From the IMG/VR virus record IMGVR_UViG_3300025267_002170: a stretch of 64,000 bases of DNA. One strand, 5' to 3'. Positions within the stretch are counted from its first letter, which is position 1. Every line of letters begins with the position of its first letter. This DNA comes from a virus. Taxonomy: Duplodnaviria; Caudoviricetes. Positions 46,872 through 56,641 of this stretch are shown here, piece after piece. Made by a program: the position numbers and the translations under genes. Below the pieces are notes generated by a model that was not told the origin of the DNA, searched no databases, and was given only the letters and a program-made list of their open reading frames with translations.

Positions 46872-47236
46872 TGTTTTTCATGGAAGAAAAAGATTTTATT
46901 AACAGCGTTCTTCATGATAAAGTTACAATCAATAATAGCAAAATTCATGACAAGGGACTTTTTGCTGTATCAGATATTGAAAAAGACACCACTCTTCATG
47001 TGACACATGTGCATAAGGAATTAGTAGACTATGTAGGAGCCTTGTGCGGCTGGATTAATCTAACTCCAAACAATCAATACAATCACTCTAAGGAAAGAGA
47101 AAACTGTAAAATAGTTACGGATGGCCTTACCAAGGGCTTGGTAACTTTAAGGAATATAATTGCAGGAGAGGAGCTACTAGTAGACTATACAAAGGATTTA
47201 GAACTAGAGCAACCTGAACCCGGCTGGAAGCCATGA
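46871..47236 (+). CDS. SET-domain protein
   Basis: SKIHDKGLFA, YNHS, I.AGEELLVDY. Confidence 0.85.
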   Translation: MFFMEEKDFINSVLHDKVTINNSKIHDKGLFAVSDIEKDTTLHVTHVHKELVDYVGALCGWINLTPNNQYNHSKERENCKIVTDGLTKGLVTLRNIIAGEELLVDYTKDLELEQPEPGWKP

Positions 47237-48036
47237 GTAAAATACTTTTATGCAATCCATCATGCTACTCGATAGAGTATGAAATAAACCCTTGGATGGA
47301 TACAAACAATAAACCAGACCAACGAATCTCTGAAAAGCAATGGAATTTACTTCACGATACGCTTTTAAGATGCGGAGCAGAGCTTGTATATATAAGCTCT
47401 GAACCAAAAGTTCCAGACATGGTGTTTGTTGCCAACGCTGGAATAGTCAAGGGCAATACTGTTGTATTATCCAATTTTAAACACCCAGAGAGACAAAAAG
47501 AAAAACAGTATTACAAAGACTGGTTTCTAAAAAATAATTATAGAGTCATTGAAATCCCCGAGCATCTTAATTTTGAAGGTGCTGGGGATGCTTTATTTTT
47601 TAACGACATACTATTTATGGGGTATGGTTTTAGAACTGACCTAGCTGCTCACAAATTGGTGGCTACCGCACTAAATGTTGACTATACATCCTGTGAATTA
47701 ATAGACCCTCGATTTTATCATTTGGACACCTGTTTTCTACCAATACAAAACAGAGTAGTGTATTACAGAAAAGCTTTTTCTAATAGTTCTGCAAACAAGA
47801 TGTTAAAGACTCTTTTAAATGAATCACAGAGAACCAATCAGTATCTTGATATAGTTAATGTATGCGAAGGTCTTGCAAAACAATTTGTTTGCAATAGCAT
47901 TTGCATAGGTGAAAATATAATAACTCCCTCTAAAGATTGTGCTTCAGTATTTTATGATAACGTAATAAACTACTGCGACATGTCGGAGTTTATAAAAGCA
48001 GGAGGAGCGGTAAAATGTCTAACACTTCAGTTATAG
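47233..48036 (+). CDS. Amidinotransferase superfamily enzyme, arginine dihydrolase (ArgZ N-domain)/DDAH-like
   Basis: INPWMD, PDMVFVANAG, ER..E, FEGAGD, GYGFRT, FYHLDTCF, EFIKAGGAVKCLTL. Confidence 0.9.
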   Translation: MSKILLCNPSCYSIEYEINPWMDTNNKPDQRISEKQWNLLHDTLLRCGAELVYISSEPKVPDMVFVANAGIVKGNTVVLSNFKHPERQKEKQYYKDWFLKNNYRVIEIPEHLNFEGAGDALFFNDILFMGYGFRTDLAAHKLVATALNVDYTSCELIDPRFYHLDTCFLPIQNRVVYYRKAFSNSSANKMLKTLLNESQRTNQYLDIVNVCEGLAKQFVCNSICIGENIITPSKDCASVFYDNVINYCDMSEFIKAGGAVKCLTLQL

Positions 48037-49217
48037 ATAGATTATCAAAGCATATACTAGTCGACGGGTTTCATCTCGCTGTTGACCAGAAGAAAAGCTC
48101 TGGTTCTTGGATAGTAGACCTAGATGGAAACAAGTATCTAGATTGTTATTCACAGTTCGCTAGTCAGCCTCTTGGCTGGAATCATAAAGCGTTGGTAAAT
48201 GCAAAGCAGGAGCTTGGAGAAGTCGCCATGCATAAAATTGCCAACAGCGACATGTATACTGAGCAGTATGCTACATTTGTAGAAAAGTTTTCTAGCATCA
48301 CTCCAGACTTTAGTCACTATTTTTTCATTGATGGGGGTGCTTTAGCTGTAGAAAACGCACTAAAGGCAGCGTTCGACTGGAAAGCAAAAAAGCTAGGGAT
48401 AACCAGTGACGAAGACATTAACACCCTAGATGTTTTTCATTTGGGTAATGCCTTTCATGGCAGAACCGGATACACCCTCTCACTGACAAACACTACGCCG
48501 GAAAAAACAGACTTGTTTCCGAAGTTTCAGTGGAATAGAATATGGAGCATTGAGGACGCAGAGGAATTGATGCACGACAGAGTGGCCGCAATGGTAGTTG
48601 AGCCTATTCAGGGCGAAGGTGGAGACAACCATTTTGTCCCAGAACTTTTCCCCCTAATGAGGAAGTGGGCAGACGATAACGACGTTATTCTAATATTTGA
48701 TGAGGTTCAGACTGGCGTTGGCCTTACAGGGAAAATGTGGTGCTATGAACATTTTGGAATAGTTCCCGACATGATGTGTTTTGGTAAAAAGACGCAAGTC
48801 TGTGGATTCTGCTCAACTGACAGGATAGACGAGGTGGAACACAATGTATTCAATGATAGTGGTAGGATTAATTCTACTTGGGGTGGGAATATTGTTGATA
48901 TGGTTAGATTCGGACACATAATAGATGCTATTGAAAAAGAAAACCTTGTCGATAACGTACACGAGGTCGGAAGCCATCTTGAAAATGCTCTAAATAATCT
49001 GGATATTATTTCTAATGTTAGAGGCATGGGTCTAATGATTGCTTTTGATTTAGATACTCCTGACCTAAGAGACCAAATGGTTTCTTTATTGCAAGAAGAC
49101 ATGATTGTTCTTAAGTCTGGAACCCACTCAATTAGGCTTAGACCACCATTGACCTTTTCAAAGCAAGACGCGGACTCGGCGGTAGTCTTTATAGACAGAG
49201 CGGCAAACAAGCTATGA
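48015..49217 (+). CDS. lat: L-lysine 6-aminotransferase-like class III aminotransferase
   Basis: HILVDG, GALAVENALKAAFDWK, AFHGRTGYTLSLTNT, EPIQGEGGD, FGKKTQV, RINSTWGGN. Confidence 0.88.
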   Translation: MSNTSVIDRLSKHILVDGFHLAVDQKKSSGSWIVDLDGNKYLDCYSQFASQPLGWNHKALVNAKQELGEVAMHKIANSDMYTEQYATFVEKFSSITPDFSHYFFIDGGALAVENALKAAFDWKAKKLGITSDEDINTLDVFHLGNAFHGRTGYTLSLTNTTPEKTDLFPKFQWNRIWSIEDAEELMHDRVAAMVVEPIQGEGGDNHFVPELFPLMRKWADDNDVILIFDEVQTGVGLTGKMWCYEHFGIVPDMMCFGKKTQVCGFCSTDRIDEVEHNVFNDSGRINSTWGGNIVDMVRFGHIIDAIEKENLVDNVHEVGSHLENALNNLDIISNVRGMGLMIAFDLDTPDLRDQMVSLLQEDMIVLKSGTHSIRLRPPLTFSKQDADSAVVFIDRAANKL

Positions 49218-50074
49218 AAATACAAAATGTAGGAATAATAGGTCAGGGCTTTGTTGGAAGCGCTTTGCGTAATACGTTTGAAAATTATTATAATGTATAC
49301 ACTTACGATAAATTTCAAGTAGACAAGTCTACCCACACAAGCATTCAATCACTGTCTAGAGCCTGTGAAGTTATCTTTGTTTGTGTTCCTACGCCCATGA
49401 ATAAAGATGGCTCTTGTGACATATCAATAGTTACAGATGTTGTAAAAATAGCCTGTAGTACCGGAAGAAAAAATATAATAGCAATCAAGTCTACAGTACC
49501 CCCCAACACTACAAAATCTTTACAAGACCTATGCCAAGATTCTCACATAGTCTTCAATCCTGAATTCCTATTAGAGAGAAATGCAGAAGAAGACTTTAAG
49601 AATACCACTCGTGTTATCCTTGGTGGTCCGAGACCGGCAACAACATTACTAAAACAATTCTATTCAAGAATATTTCCTGACGCAGACATAGTAAAAACTG
49701 ATTCAACAATTGCTGAAATGATTAAATATTTAACCAATACATTTTTAGCAGTCAAAGTATCTTTTGCCAACGAAATTTATGCAATCTGTGAAAGTTTAGG
49801 TATAGATTACGATAAGGTACTGGAATACTCTCTCTACGACGATAGACTGGGACGTTCTCATTGGTCGGTTCCGGGTCCAGATGGACATTACGGATTCGGA
49901 GGAAGCTGTTTCCCCAAGGACTTAAATGCTTTAATGCATCTGACTCACTCTATGTGCATCCAAGCGAATACAATAAGTGGCGCATGGAATACCAACCTAA
50001 TGGTTAGGCCGGAGAAGGACTGGGAAAGCTTGAAGGGAAGGGCAGTAGTAGACAGTCCTGAAAATAACACCTAG
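49214..50074 (+). CDS. UDP-glucose/GDP-mannose 6-dehydrogenase family
   Basis: GQGFVG, CVPTP, KSTVPP, FNPEFL, GFGGSCFPKD. Confidence 0.92.
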   Translation: MKIQNVGIIGQGFVGSALRNTFENYYNVYTYDKFQVDKSTHTSIQSLSRACEVIFVCVPTPMNKDGSCDISIVTDVVKIACSTGRKNIIAIKSTVPPNTTKSLQDLCQDSHIVFNPEFLLERNAEEDFKNTTRVILGGPRPATTLLKQFYSRIFPDADIVKTDSTIAEMIKYLTNTFLAVKVSFANEIYAICESLGIDYDKVLEYSLYDDRLGRSHWSVPGPDGHYGFGGSCFPKDLNALMHLTHSMCIQANTISGAWNTNLMVRPEKDWESLKGRAVVDSPENNT

Positions 50075-50091
50075 TAAATAGGGATACAATA

Positions 50092-50559
50092 ATGCCCACT
50101 AGCAATAATGAAGCTCTCAATATAGTTGAAATACTTGATGAATACCTAGACGAAGAACAAGCTAGGGAACTAACAGCGCGTCTAGAACAAGAGATAGGGC
50201 AAAAAACCGAAAACGACTCTCTGAAAGTAAGCCTAGAAATGCTGAAGGCTTTATACGAGAGAAAGCCAAAGAGAGAAAATCTTTGCAAGAAAGCGATACT
50301 ATACTCAATTGTATCATTTCATATGTTTATTATAGTAGTAAATATAATGGCCTTCTTTGTTCTTCCCTTTATGTATCCTCTCTGGATGTGGGTTCCAGTT
50401 AATAGTTTTATTCTTACTGTTACATTCACAAGAGAGGTTTGCCCTCTTACGAGACTTGAGAACTATCTCAGAACATCACTTGGGATGTCTCGTATTGGAG
50501 GATTTATCGGTCACTATTTCGTAAAACCAGTTAAGAGGGCGATTAAGAATGCCGCCTAG
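50092..50559 (+). CDS. Membrane protein (CPLT.LE motif, DUF2784-like)
   Basis: Two TM helices plus CPLTRLENYLR. Confidence 0.65.
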   Translation: MPTSNNEALNIVEILDEYLDEEQARELTARLEQEIGQKTENDSLKVSLEMLKALYERKPKRENLCKKAILYSIVSFHMFIIVVNIMAFFVLPFMYPLWMWVPVNSFILTVTFTREVCPLTRLENYLRTSLGMSRIGGFIGHYFVKPVKRAIKNAA

Positions 50560-50794
50560 ACAGATTAGACGAAGAGTAGTACCACAAAAATCAGAAAAGT
50601 ATCCCTATCCCTCAAGATACGGCAGTCATTCTTCAATGATTGACGAGGAAAAAACCGAGGAACTTTCTGATAAAAATCTAGTTGTCTTAGAGGACGAACA
50701 CGGGTACTATATTACTAGCAGAAAAAAATTAGACAGCGGGTTTGCTGACCCTAAAAGGTACGAATTTTCCCGCTTGTCTTTCTATAAAAATTAG
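50549..50794 (+). CDS. Hypothetical protein
   Basis: Operon packing. Confidence 0.6.
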   Translation: MPPRQIRRRVVPQKSEKYPYPSRYGSHSSMIDEEKTEELSDKNLVVLEDEHGYYITSRKKLDSGFADPKRYEFSRLSFYKN

Positions 50795-50803
50795 GAGAAA
50801 ACA

Positions 50804-51280
50804 ATGGACAGAAGAAGCTTTTTAAAAACCGGCGTTTTGTCTGCTGCAATCGTTCCGTTTCTCTCGATTGAAGATACTCAAGCAGCAGATGTTCAGATTT
50901 TTATTAAAAATGTAGAAGAATCTATACAAACCAATCGCTTGCACACCTCTCAGCTTTACTTCAACCATTTCCACCAGCCAAACCAAATGTGCTGGGTTTG
51001 GACTCCGCATGGATGGACTATTCAGGCGTGTCCTGCTTACGTTCCTCACACCATGTCCTTTAGAAGTTCTCTTTATGGTTATCATCAGTTAACGCAAAGA
51101 AAAGAGAACGTAAAGCAAATAAATATTAATAACGCAGACTGTATCTATATTTTAGAAAACGGTAGTATTAAAATTTATGATGTAAGAGAGAAAGGAATAA
51201 CTTTCTCCTCTAATGTTCCAAGCTATGCCGCTGGTTTACGAATGGTTGATTCTCACTATAGAAACAGAACGGGAAAATGA
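50804..51280 (+). CDS. Tat-signal exported protein
   Basis: MDRRSFLK, h-region, TQA cleavage site; AGGAG RBS. Confidence 0.75.
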   Translation: MDRRSFLKTGVLSAAIVPFLSIEDTQAADVQIFIKNVEESIQTNRLHTSQLYFNHFHQPNQMCWVWTPHGWTIQACPAYVPHTMSFRSSLYGYHQLTQRKENVKQININNADCIYILENGSIKIYDVREKGITFSSNVPSYAAGLRMVDSHYRNRTGK

Positions 51281-51559
51281 TACCTAACGATTTATTTCCA
51301 AACAGACAAACAAGCATTGCGTATAATTATTTCAAATATAATCTTATAAAAGGAAATACTAAAGAACTCAAACAGCATATAAAAATGCTGTCGATAGAGG
51401 CCGGTAAGCAACACCCTTTTATTGGAAGCTGTGTACTTGAAGTTGTAAATAATATTGATTGGGATTTTATAGAGCTTTACTGCTCTTAATTCCCTTAAAC
51501 TATTTGACTGGCCCGGAGCTATCTAGTGTAGTCTCGGGCTAGTTTTATATGGAGACGAA

Positions 51560-52645
51560 ATGGAACACTTTAATTTAATAACTCCTATAAACCAGCTTGG
51601 ATATGGTGTTACTGGCCTTAATGTTGCAAAAAGCCTTTCTAAATTGGGGAGAGTTGCCCTTTGGCCACTGGGAAATGTAGATTGTCCTCAAGAGGACACG
51701 CAAAGCATAATACAATTAATAAAAAACAATCAACTGCCAAACTTTAACGCTCCCTGCTTAAGAATATGGCATCAAAATGATATGAGCCAGTTTGTTGGCC
51801 GGGGATTAAGGGCGGGGTTTCCTATATTTGAGCTAGACACATTCACTGAGATAGAGAAATCACATCTTTCCCAGTTAGATAGCTTGATTGTTTGCTCTGA
51901 TTGGGCAAGAAAGGTGTGTATAGAAAATGGAGTAGTCGGGGACAACTCCCGGCCAGTGGTTAGCGTTGCTCCACTCGGTGTTGACGGGCAAGTATTCAAA
52001 CCCCACTTGTCAAACAGAAAAACAACTGTCTTTTTCAATTGCGGGAAGTGGGAGATAAGAAAGGGGCATGATTTAATCGTAGATGCTTTCAATCAGGCCT
52101 TCGTGCCGGAAGACGACGTAGAACTGTGGATGATGTGCAGAAACCCTTTCTTTAGCGACAGCGAGAATGACGAATGGGAGCAGTTATATTTGAAATCTCC
52201 CCTTGGTTCAAAGGTAAAAATAATTTCCAGACAACCCACGCAAAAAGATGTGTATAATATAATGAGAGAGACAGATTGTGGGGTTTTTCCTGCCCGCGCA
52301 GAGGGCTGGAACTTGGAGTTGCTTGAGATGCTCTCTTGTGGTAAACATGTAATAGCCACAGATTATTCTGGGCACACTGAGTTTTGCAGCCATAAAAACA
52401 CCCTTCTCCTCAACGTGAAAAACACAGAAGAAGCTTTTGACGGTAAGTGGTTTCATGGACAGGGCCAATGGGCCAAGCTCACAGATAAAGAAACTGGTTA
52501 CGTTGCATCATTGATGAAATCTGTGCATAGAACAAAACAATCTGGCAGCCTTCCCATGAACGAAGAGGGAATAAAAACGGCCAATCAATTTTCATGGGAA
52601 AATACAGCGGAGAAAATTAGAGATGCCCTCACCACAAAAGAATGA
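51560..52645 (+). CDS. Glycosyltransferase (GT4-like)
   Basis: GKWEIRKGHD, FPARAEGWNL..LE, TDYSGHTEF. Confidence 0.9.
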   Translation: MEHFNLITPINQLGYGVTGLNVAKSLSKLGRVALWPLGNVDCPQEDTQSIIQLIKNNQLPNFNAPCLRIWHQNDMSQFVGRGLRAGFPIFELDTFTEIEKSHLSQLDSLIVCSDWARKVCIENGVVGDNSRPVVSVAPLGVDGQVFKPHLSNRKTTVFFNCGKWEIRKGHDLIVDAFNQAFVPEDDVELWMMCRNPFFSDSENDEWEQLYLKSPLGSKVKIISRQPTQKDVYNIMRETDCGVFPARAEGWNLELLEMLSCGKHVIATDYSGHTEFCSHKNTLLLNVKNTEEAFDGKWFHGQGQWAKLTDKETGYVASLMKSVHRTKQSGSLPMNEEGIKTANQFSWENTAEKIRDALTTKE

Positions 52646-53048
52646 AGAAAAAAGCGCCTTTGTTTCTAGGTGCATGTCCAGTGACGAATCTAAAAAAAGC
52701 TTTCCAGACCAAGACCAAAGGGTTGCATTTTGTCATAGTCAGTGGTCGAAAAGCAAAGGCCAATCTAAAATCACTGTGTATGTTTATAAAAATCCAAAAA
52801 CAAATGAGCTTCATTATTTTGATAGGCGGGGAGCTTACGAAAGAGACGGTGTTAACTTAGTATTTATTAGGAGAGATACAATGGGCAATGAACATATTTT
52901 AAACAAGGCTGCCAAACTCTACGCCGATGAAAAGGCTGGATATCCACCAAATTGTAACGAAGGATACGTTGAGAAGAATGGAAAATGTGTTCCTATGAAC
53001 GAAGCTGAATGGACTGAATATAAAAAGAACAAAAAGAAAAAACACTAA
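52623..53048 (+). CDS. Phage hypothetical protein (FVSRCM...QRVAFC motif)
   Basis: Recurrent phage N-terminal motif. Confidence 0.65.
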   Translation: MPSPQKNEEKSAFVSRCMSSDESKKSFPDQDQRVAFCHSQWSKSKGQSKITVYVYKNPKTNELHYFDRRGAYERDGVNLVFIRRDTMGNEHILNKAAKLYADEKAGYPPNCNEGYVEKNGKCVPMNEAEWTEYKKNKKKKH

Positions 53049-53059
53049 GGGAGTCAACA

Positions 53060-53272
53060 ATGTTAGACGTTATTAAGAATCACTGGATGTGTCTATTAGT
53101 AGGTATTGCGATGGGCTGGGGACTTCAGTTCTGTCCAATTTTTCATATGGGACATGCGTGTCCGGTTCTAAATGGCGAGAAGGTTTGTCAGTGCGAAACT
53201 TGCTGTGGCGCTTGTGATTGCGTCGAGGCTTGTACCGATGGTAACTGCCCCTGCTGCGCCGCTCACGATTAG
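53060..53272 (+). CDS. Membrane-anchored metallothionein-like Cys-rich peptide
   Basis: TM helix then CQCETCCGACDC...CPCC. Confidence 0.6.
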   Translation: MLDVIKNHWMCLLVGIAMGWGLQFCPIFHMGHACPVLNGEKVCQCETCCGACDCVEACTDGNCPCCAAHD

Positions 53273-53301
53273 TAGTCAGCAATAAATCGAGGAATACAAA
53301 G

Positions 53302-53598
53302 ATGGATAATCCAATTTTAGAAGCTATCAATCTACATTTTGCCGCAAAGAAAGCAGAGGCAATTGCTAGATTAAACATCTATGTAAGAAATCCTGTTGGT
53401 GTTGGGGAACATCCCAATATCGTAGAGGAGGCTATAAAAGCTGTTGAGGACTGTGAACATGCGGACAGTTGTATTTCAATGCTTGAAACCATAACTGCGC
53501 CAAATCAATCACAGTCTCCAGTTTCCCCAACTCCAGCAGGACCGCAGCCGTCACCACAGTACCCAAATAAGGGTGAGGCTGTAGAAGTTTCTTCTTAA
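53302..53598 (+). CDS. Conserved phage protein (NPVGVGEHP motif)
   Basis: Motif recognition; GAGG RBS. Confidence 0.7.
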   Translation: MDNPILEAINLHFAAKKAEAIARLNIYVRNPVGVGEHPNIVEEAIKAVEDCEHADSCISMLETITAPNQSQSPVSPTPAGPQPSPQYPNKGEAVEVSS

Positions 53599-53611
53599 GA
53601 TAGAATAAACA

Positions 53612-53986
53612 ATGAGCACATTTAAGGTCTGCGCGAGACTGGGAATAACCTCCTACTCTACTTCGGGAAAAGGACAGTTTAAACTTCTGGTTCCAGAAGA
53701 TAACGAAATTCCATCCATTAGAGTGTTTGGAAATTCTGACATAGACCATTCTTTGGAAAAAATTTCTAGACAATATCTAGGATATTCTTTTGATTGGTTA
53801 ACACTGGTTCTTTTGTCTGTAAATAAAACAGGGGAAGAGATTTATATAAATTATTGCTGCATGGTTCCACCAGAGTCTACGATTAAAAAAGGAAGGTGGG
53901 AGAACTATGTAACCATTTACCAGAATACTGAAGGAAAGTATCAAGGATATGAAGAAATCTTGGCAAACATTTCTAAAATTATTTAA
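53612..53986 (+). CDS. Hypothetical protein
   Basis: Operon packing. Confidence 0.6.
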   Translation: MSTFKVCARLGITSYSTSGKGQFKLLVPEDNEIPSIRVFGNSDIDHSLEKISRQYLGYSFDWLTLVLLSVNKTGEEIYINYCCMVPPESTIKKGRWENYVTIYQNTEGKYQGYEEILANISKII

Positions 53987-54356
53987 AAAAGAGGAGAGTC
54001 CTGAACCACCTGAAGAAATAACCGACGAATCTCTTGAAGAAGGCGACGTGAGTGAAGACGAGATTGCTGCCTCCCTAGAGTTTCAAGTCTTAAGAGATGG
54101 ATATACATATGTTGCCTGTTCTTTTGGCGACGGAGCAGAAGACATAGCCGCGTTCACCGAACTTCTAAATCAGGTTAATACTGGCATTTTACTACAAGAC
54201 ACCCTAAAGATTATTTTAGAAACATGTGTAGAACAAGAGCGCCTTGGTGTTTATCTCCTGATAGTAGCTGCCCTAGAAGCAGGGGAAAATTCTGCTGTAG
54301 TTAAACCAACAGATGCTCTAAATCCTAACTCAGATATCTTCCCAAACTCCCTATAG
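53949..54356 (+). CDS. Acidic hypothetical protein
   Basis: Operon packing. Confidence 0.6.
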   Translation: MKKSWQTFLKLFKKEESPEPPEEITDESLEEGDVSEDEIAASLEFQVLRDGYTYVACSFGDGAEDIAAFTELLNQVNTGILLQDTLKIILETCVEQERLGVYLLIVAALEAGENSAVVKPTDALNPNSDIFPNSL

Positions 54357-54366
54357 GAGTACGACC

Positions 54367-54978
54367 ATGTCAGAAAATTTAATAGCGTGGGAAAAATGGG
54401 ACGACGACATAATTGAACAGGAAGCAGCTTCCAACTACAACCTAGAAGGCTTAGATGAAGAAGAAATTATTGAAGCCATGGGTCTGGCTGAAAGAATTCC
54501 AAATCTTGTAGTTACACCCTTGGGTATGTACAAGCTTCACGATAAGCTAAGCCCGTCTAAGCAATTCGATTGTTGGGTTGGTCATACTAATTTTGACATA
54601 ACCCCGGCAATTATAAGCACCATAGAAGTAATAGACGGTGTTGAAGCCCTTAAGGCAATAACAAGGTATAAGTTTTTTCTAGGTATCGGAAATCTATTCG
54701 ATTTTAAAAAGATAAGGCTAGAAATAGAGAGGGAAATTTTAGGAAAGCACGAAAACGAAGAAGACGGTTTGGATTTAGATAACGATGTTCTTTTTGAGAT
54801 TAAAAGATTAAAGCTAGAACTATCAAAAAAGAACCACTGGGCAATATTTATTTTTCCAAATGGAGAAATTAGCTCAGTCTGCGCTGACACTCAGGACGAT
54901 GAAAACTACATGCAAAAGTTATCTATATATATCCACGCAAAGAGTTTGTCTGGAGGAATCTTACTAACAAATGACTGA
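54367..54978 (+). CDS. Hypothetical protein (WVGHTNFDIT motif)
   Basis: AGGAG RBS; 203 aa. Confidence 0.75.
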   Translation: MSENLIAWEKWDDDIIEQEAASNYNLEGLDEEEIIEAMGLAERIPNLVVTPLGMYKLHDKLSPSKQFDCWVGHTNFDITPAIISTIEVIDGVEALKAITRYKFFLGIGNLFDFKKIRLEIEREILGKHENEEDGLDLDNDVLFEIKRLKLELSKKNHWAIFIFPNGEISSVCADTQDDENYMQKLSIYIHAKSLSGGILLTND

Positions 54979-54987
54979 GGATTTAAA

Positions 54988-55476
54988 GTGGACACGGAAG
55001 TATCATCAGAAGATTTTGAAGTATCTCTTAATAAAGAGGATACCAAGAGGGTTTTCGGATTTTTGGCAAAGAAATATTACAGAAGCATGCCTATCGACGA
55101 GATAGAATCATGCCAGCTGATAGGACTTTGGAAAGCCCTTAAAAAATACGACATCGCAAAAAAGAGAAAGTTCTCAAACTTCCTATACGTCAGTATAGAC
55201 TGGGAATGTAAGCTCTACCTAAGAAGAAATCGTAGAAGGTATCTCACCTGCGATACTTTTCTAGGAGATAGCGGGGATTACGAGCTTGTAGAACTTTTAG
55301 ATATAGTGGACTCTCTAAGTCCAAGGCTAAAAAGGGTAGTAAAACAGAGGTTTTTTTATAATCTCACTATGGAAGAGATTGGCGATGCCAATGATTACAG
55401 TAGGGAAACCGCAAGAAGATACCTTAAGGAAGCTATGGAACAATTGCAATCCCACAGAAATAGAATCATCGACTAG
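54988..55476 (+). CDS. Sigma70-like sigma factor
   Basis: IGLWKALKKYD...KFSNFL; region 4 LTMEEIG...SRETARR. Confidence 0.85.
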   Translation: MDTEVSSEDFEVSLNKEDTKRVFGFLAKKYYRSMPIDEIESCQLIGLWKALKKYDIAKKRKFSNFLYVSIDWECKLYLRRNRRRYLTCDTFLGDSGDYELVELLDIVDSLSPRLKRVVKQRFFYNLTMEEIGDANDYSRETARRYLKEAMEQLQSHRNRIID

Positions 55477-55563
55477 TACAATTGGTGTATAATATACTAG
55501 GACTGGACTCTATATTATAGGAAAAAAAGGACCAATAAAGCGCCATATGAAAGGTGTTTTATC

Positions 55564-56235
55564 ATGTCAGTAGGTACAAAGTTTACGAGAGTTGTTTCCA
55601 CCACAGACAACACAGACACTGCTCCAGTACAAAAAGAAGGTGGAAGCGCAATTGGCGTCACAGATGCCAGCACGGTTACTACCGGTAACCCCATTACGAA
55701 GACCTTTAATCTTCGTGACAACGCCGACGACGGCGCGGTTAGACGCTCAAGAGTTTTAGCCATCAATGGCGGAACTCAGGCGACTCCGGTTGGCGTAACA
55801 GGCGTTCAGACTGCCAAGGGTAGCGGAACCATCGCATTTGAACCCGGCGTCGCTGGTCATTCCATCTCGAATGGCAACGGCTGGATTATTAGAGGCTGGT
55901 CTGACTATATCAACAATACCAGTAACACAGCCATCTACTTCCCGTCGTCCGACGATGGCACGCGCAAGGCTCTTAACACTACGTTTAGACAGCATGGCGC
56001 AGCAACCGCTACTGCTCATCGCGCTCGATACTGGAACCCAGTTGGCATTTCTGGGGAACGTGGCAACTGGTCAACCTATCCCTCTGCCGCCAACGAAGTT
56101 TACCGAGACTCGTCTGGTGGGTCAGCACTTACTGCCCTAGCAGAGTACCCGACCCTAGCGATTCCCGGCGAATTGACTTACCTCGAAACGGGCAAGACGC
56201 CTACTCAGGCAGACTACCCGGCAAAGAACGGCTAA
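55564..56235 (+). CDS. Thr/Gly-rich probable virion protein
   Basis: Composition; followed by a terminator. Confidence 0.6.
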   Translation: MSVGTKFTRVVSTTDNTDTAPVQKEGGSAIGVTDASTVTTGNPITKTFNLRDNADDGAVRRSRVLAINGGTQATPVGVTGVQTAKGSGTIAFEPGVAGHSISNGNGWIIRGWSDYINNTSNTAIYFPSSDDGTRKALNTTFRQHGAATATAHRARYWNPVGISGERGNWSTYPSAANEVYRDSSGGSALTALAEYPTLAIPGELTYLETGKTPTQADYPAKNG

Positions 56236-56262
56236 TTTTTTTAGCAGTCTAGCATGTCCAAG

Positions 56263-56299
56263 GAGGGGACTGGCCGCTTGACCGGTCCCCTCTTTTTTC
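56263..56299 (+). terminator. Intrinsic terminator
   Basis: GAGGGGACTGG/CCGGTCCCCTC followed by T6. Confidence 0.75.
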
Positions 56300-56320
56300 T
56301 TTGAAAAGAGAGAGTCTATC

Positions 56321-56641
56321 ATGGAATCCATTTTTTCCGTTCCAGTGTTGGCGACTATTGTTGTAGTGGTTGTAGGACTCGGAAAGATTATTGAAATTCT
56401 TGTCACTAAATCAATTCGAAAACAGTCAGTCCTAATGGACGAAGAAAGAGATTGGTTAAAAGATATGCATGAAGTCATGTCAAAATGTGATGTAGATGGA
56501 ACTCCATTAGTTTATGTTCCTAGAAGTTGGGCGGAAATTCAGAAGGATATGCAGCAGGTAATAACAAAATTGGTCGGTGACCAAAGAAGAATAGCGGATA
56601 TATTAGACAGGATTGACAAAAAATTAGAAGAGCCAAAGTAA
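56321..56641 (+). CDS. Single-TM protein
   Basis: N-terminal hydrophobic helix, coiled-coil tail. Confidence 0.7.
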   Translation: MESIFSVPVLATIVVVVVGLGKIIEILVTKSIRKQSVLMDEERDWLKDMHEVMSKCDVDGTPLVYVPRSWAEIQKDMQQVITKLVGDQRRIADILDRIDKKLEEPK

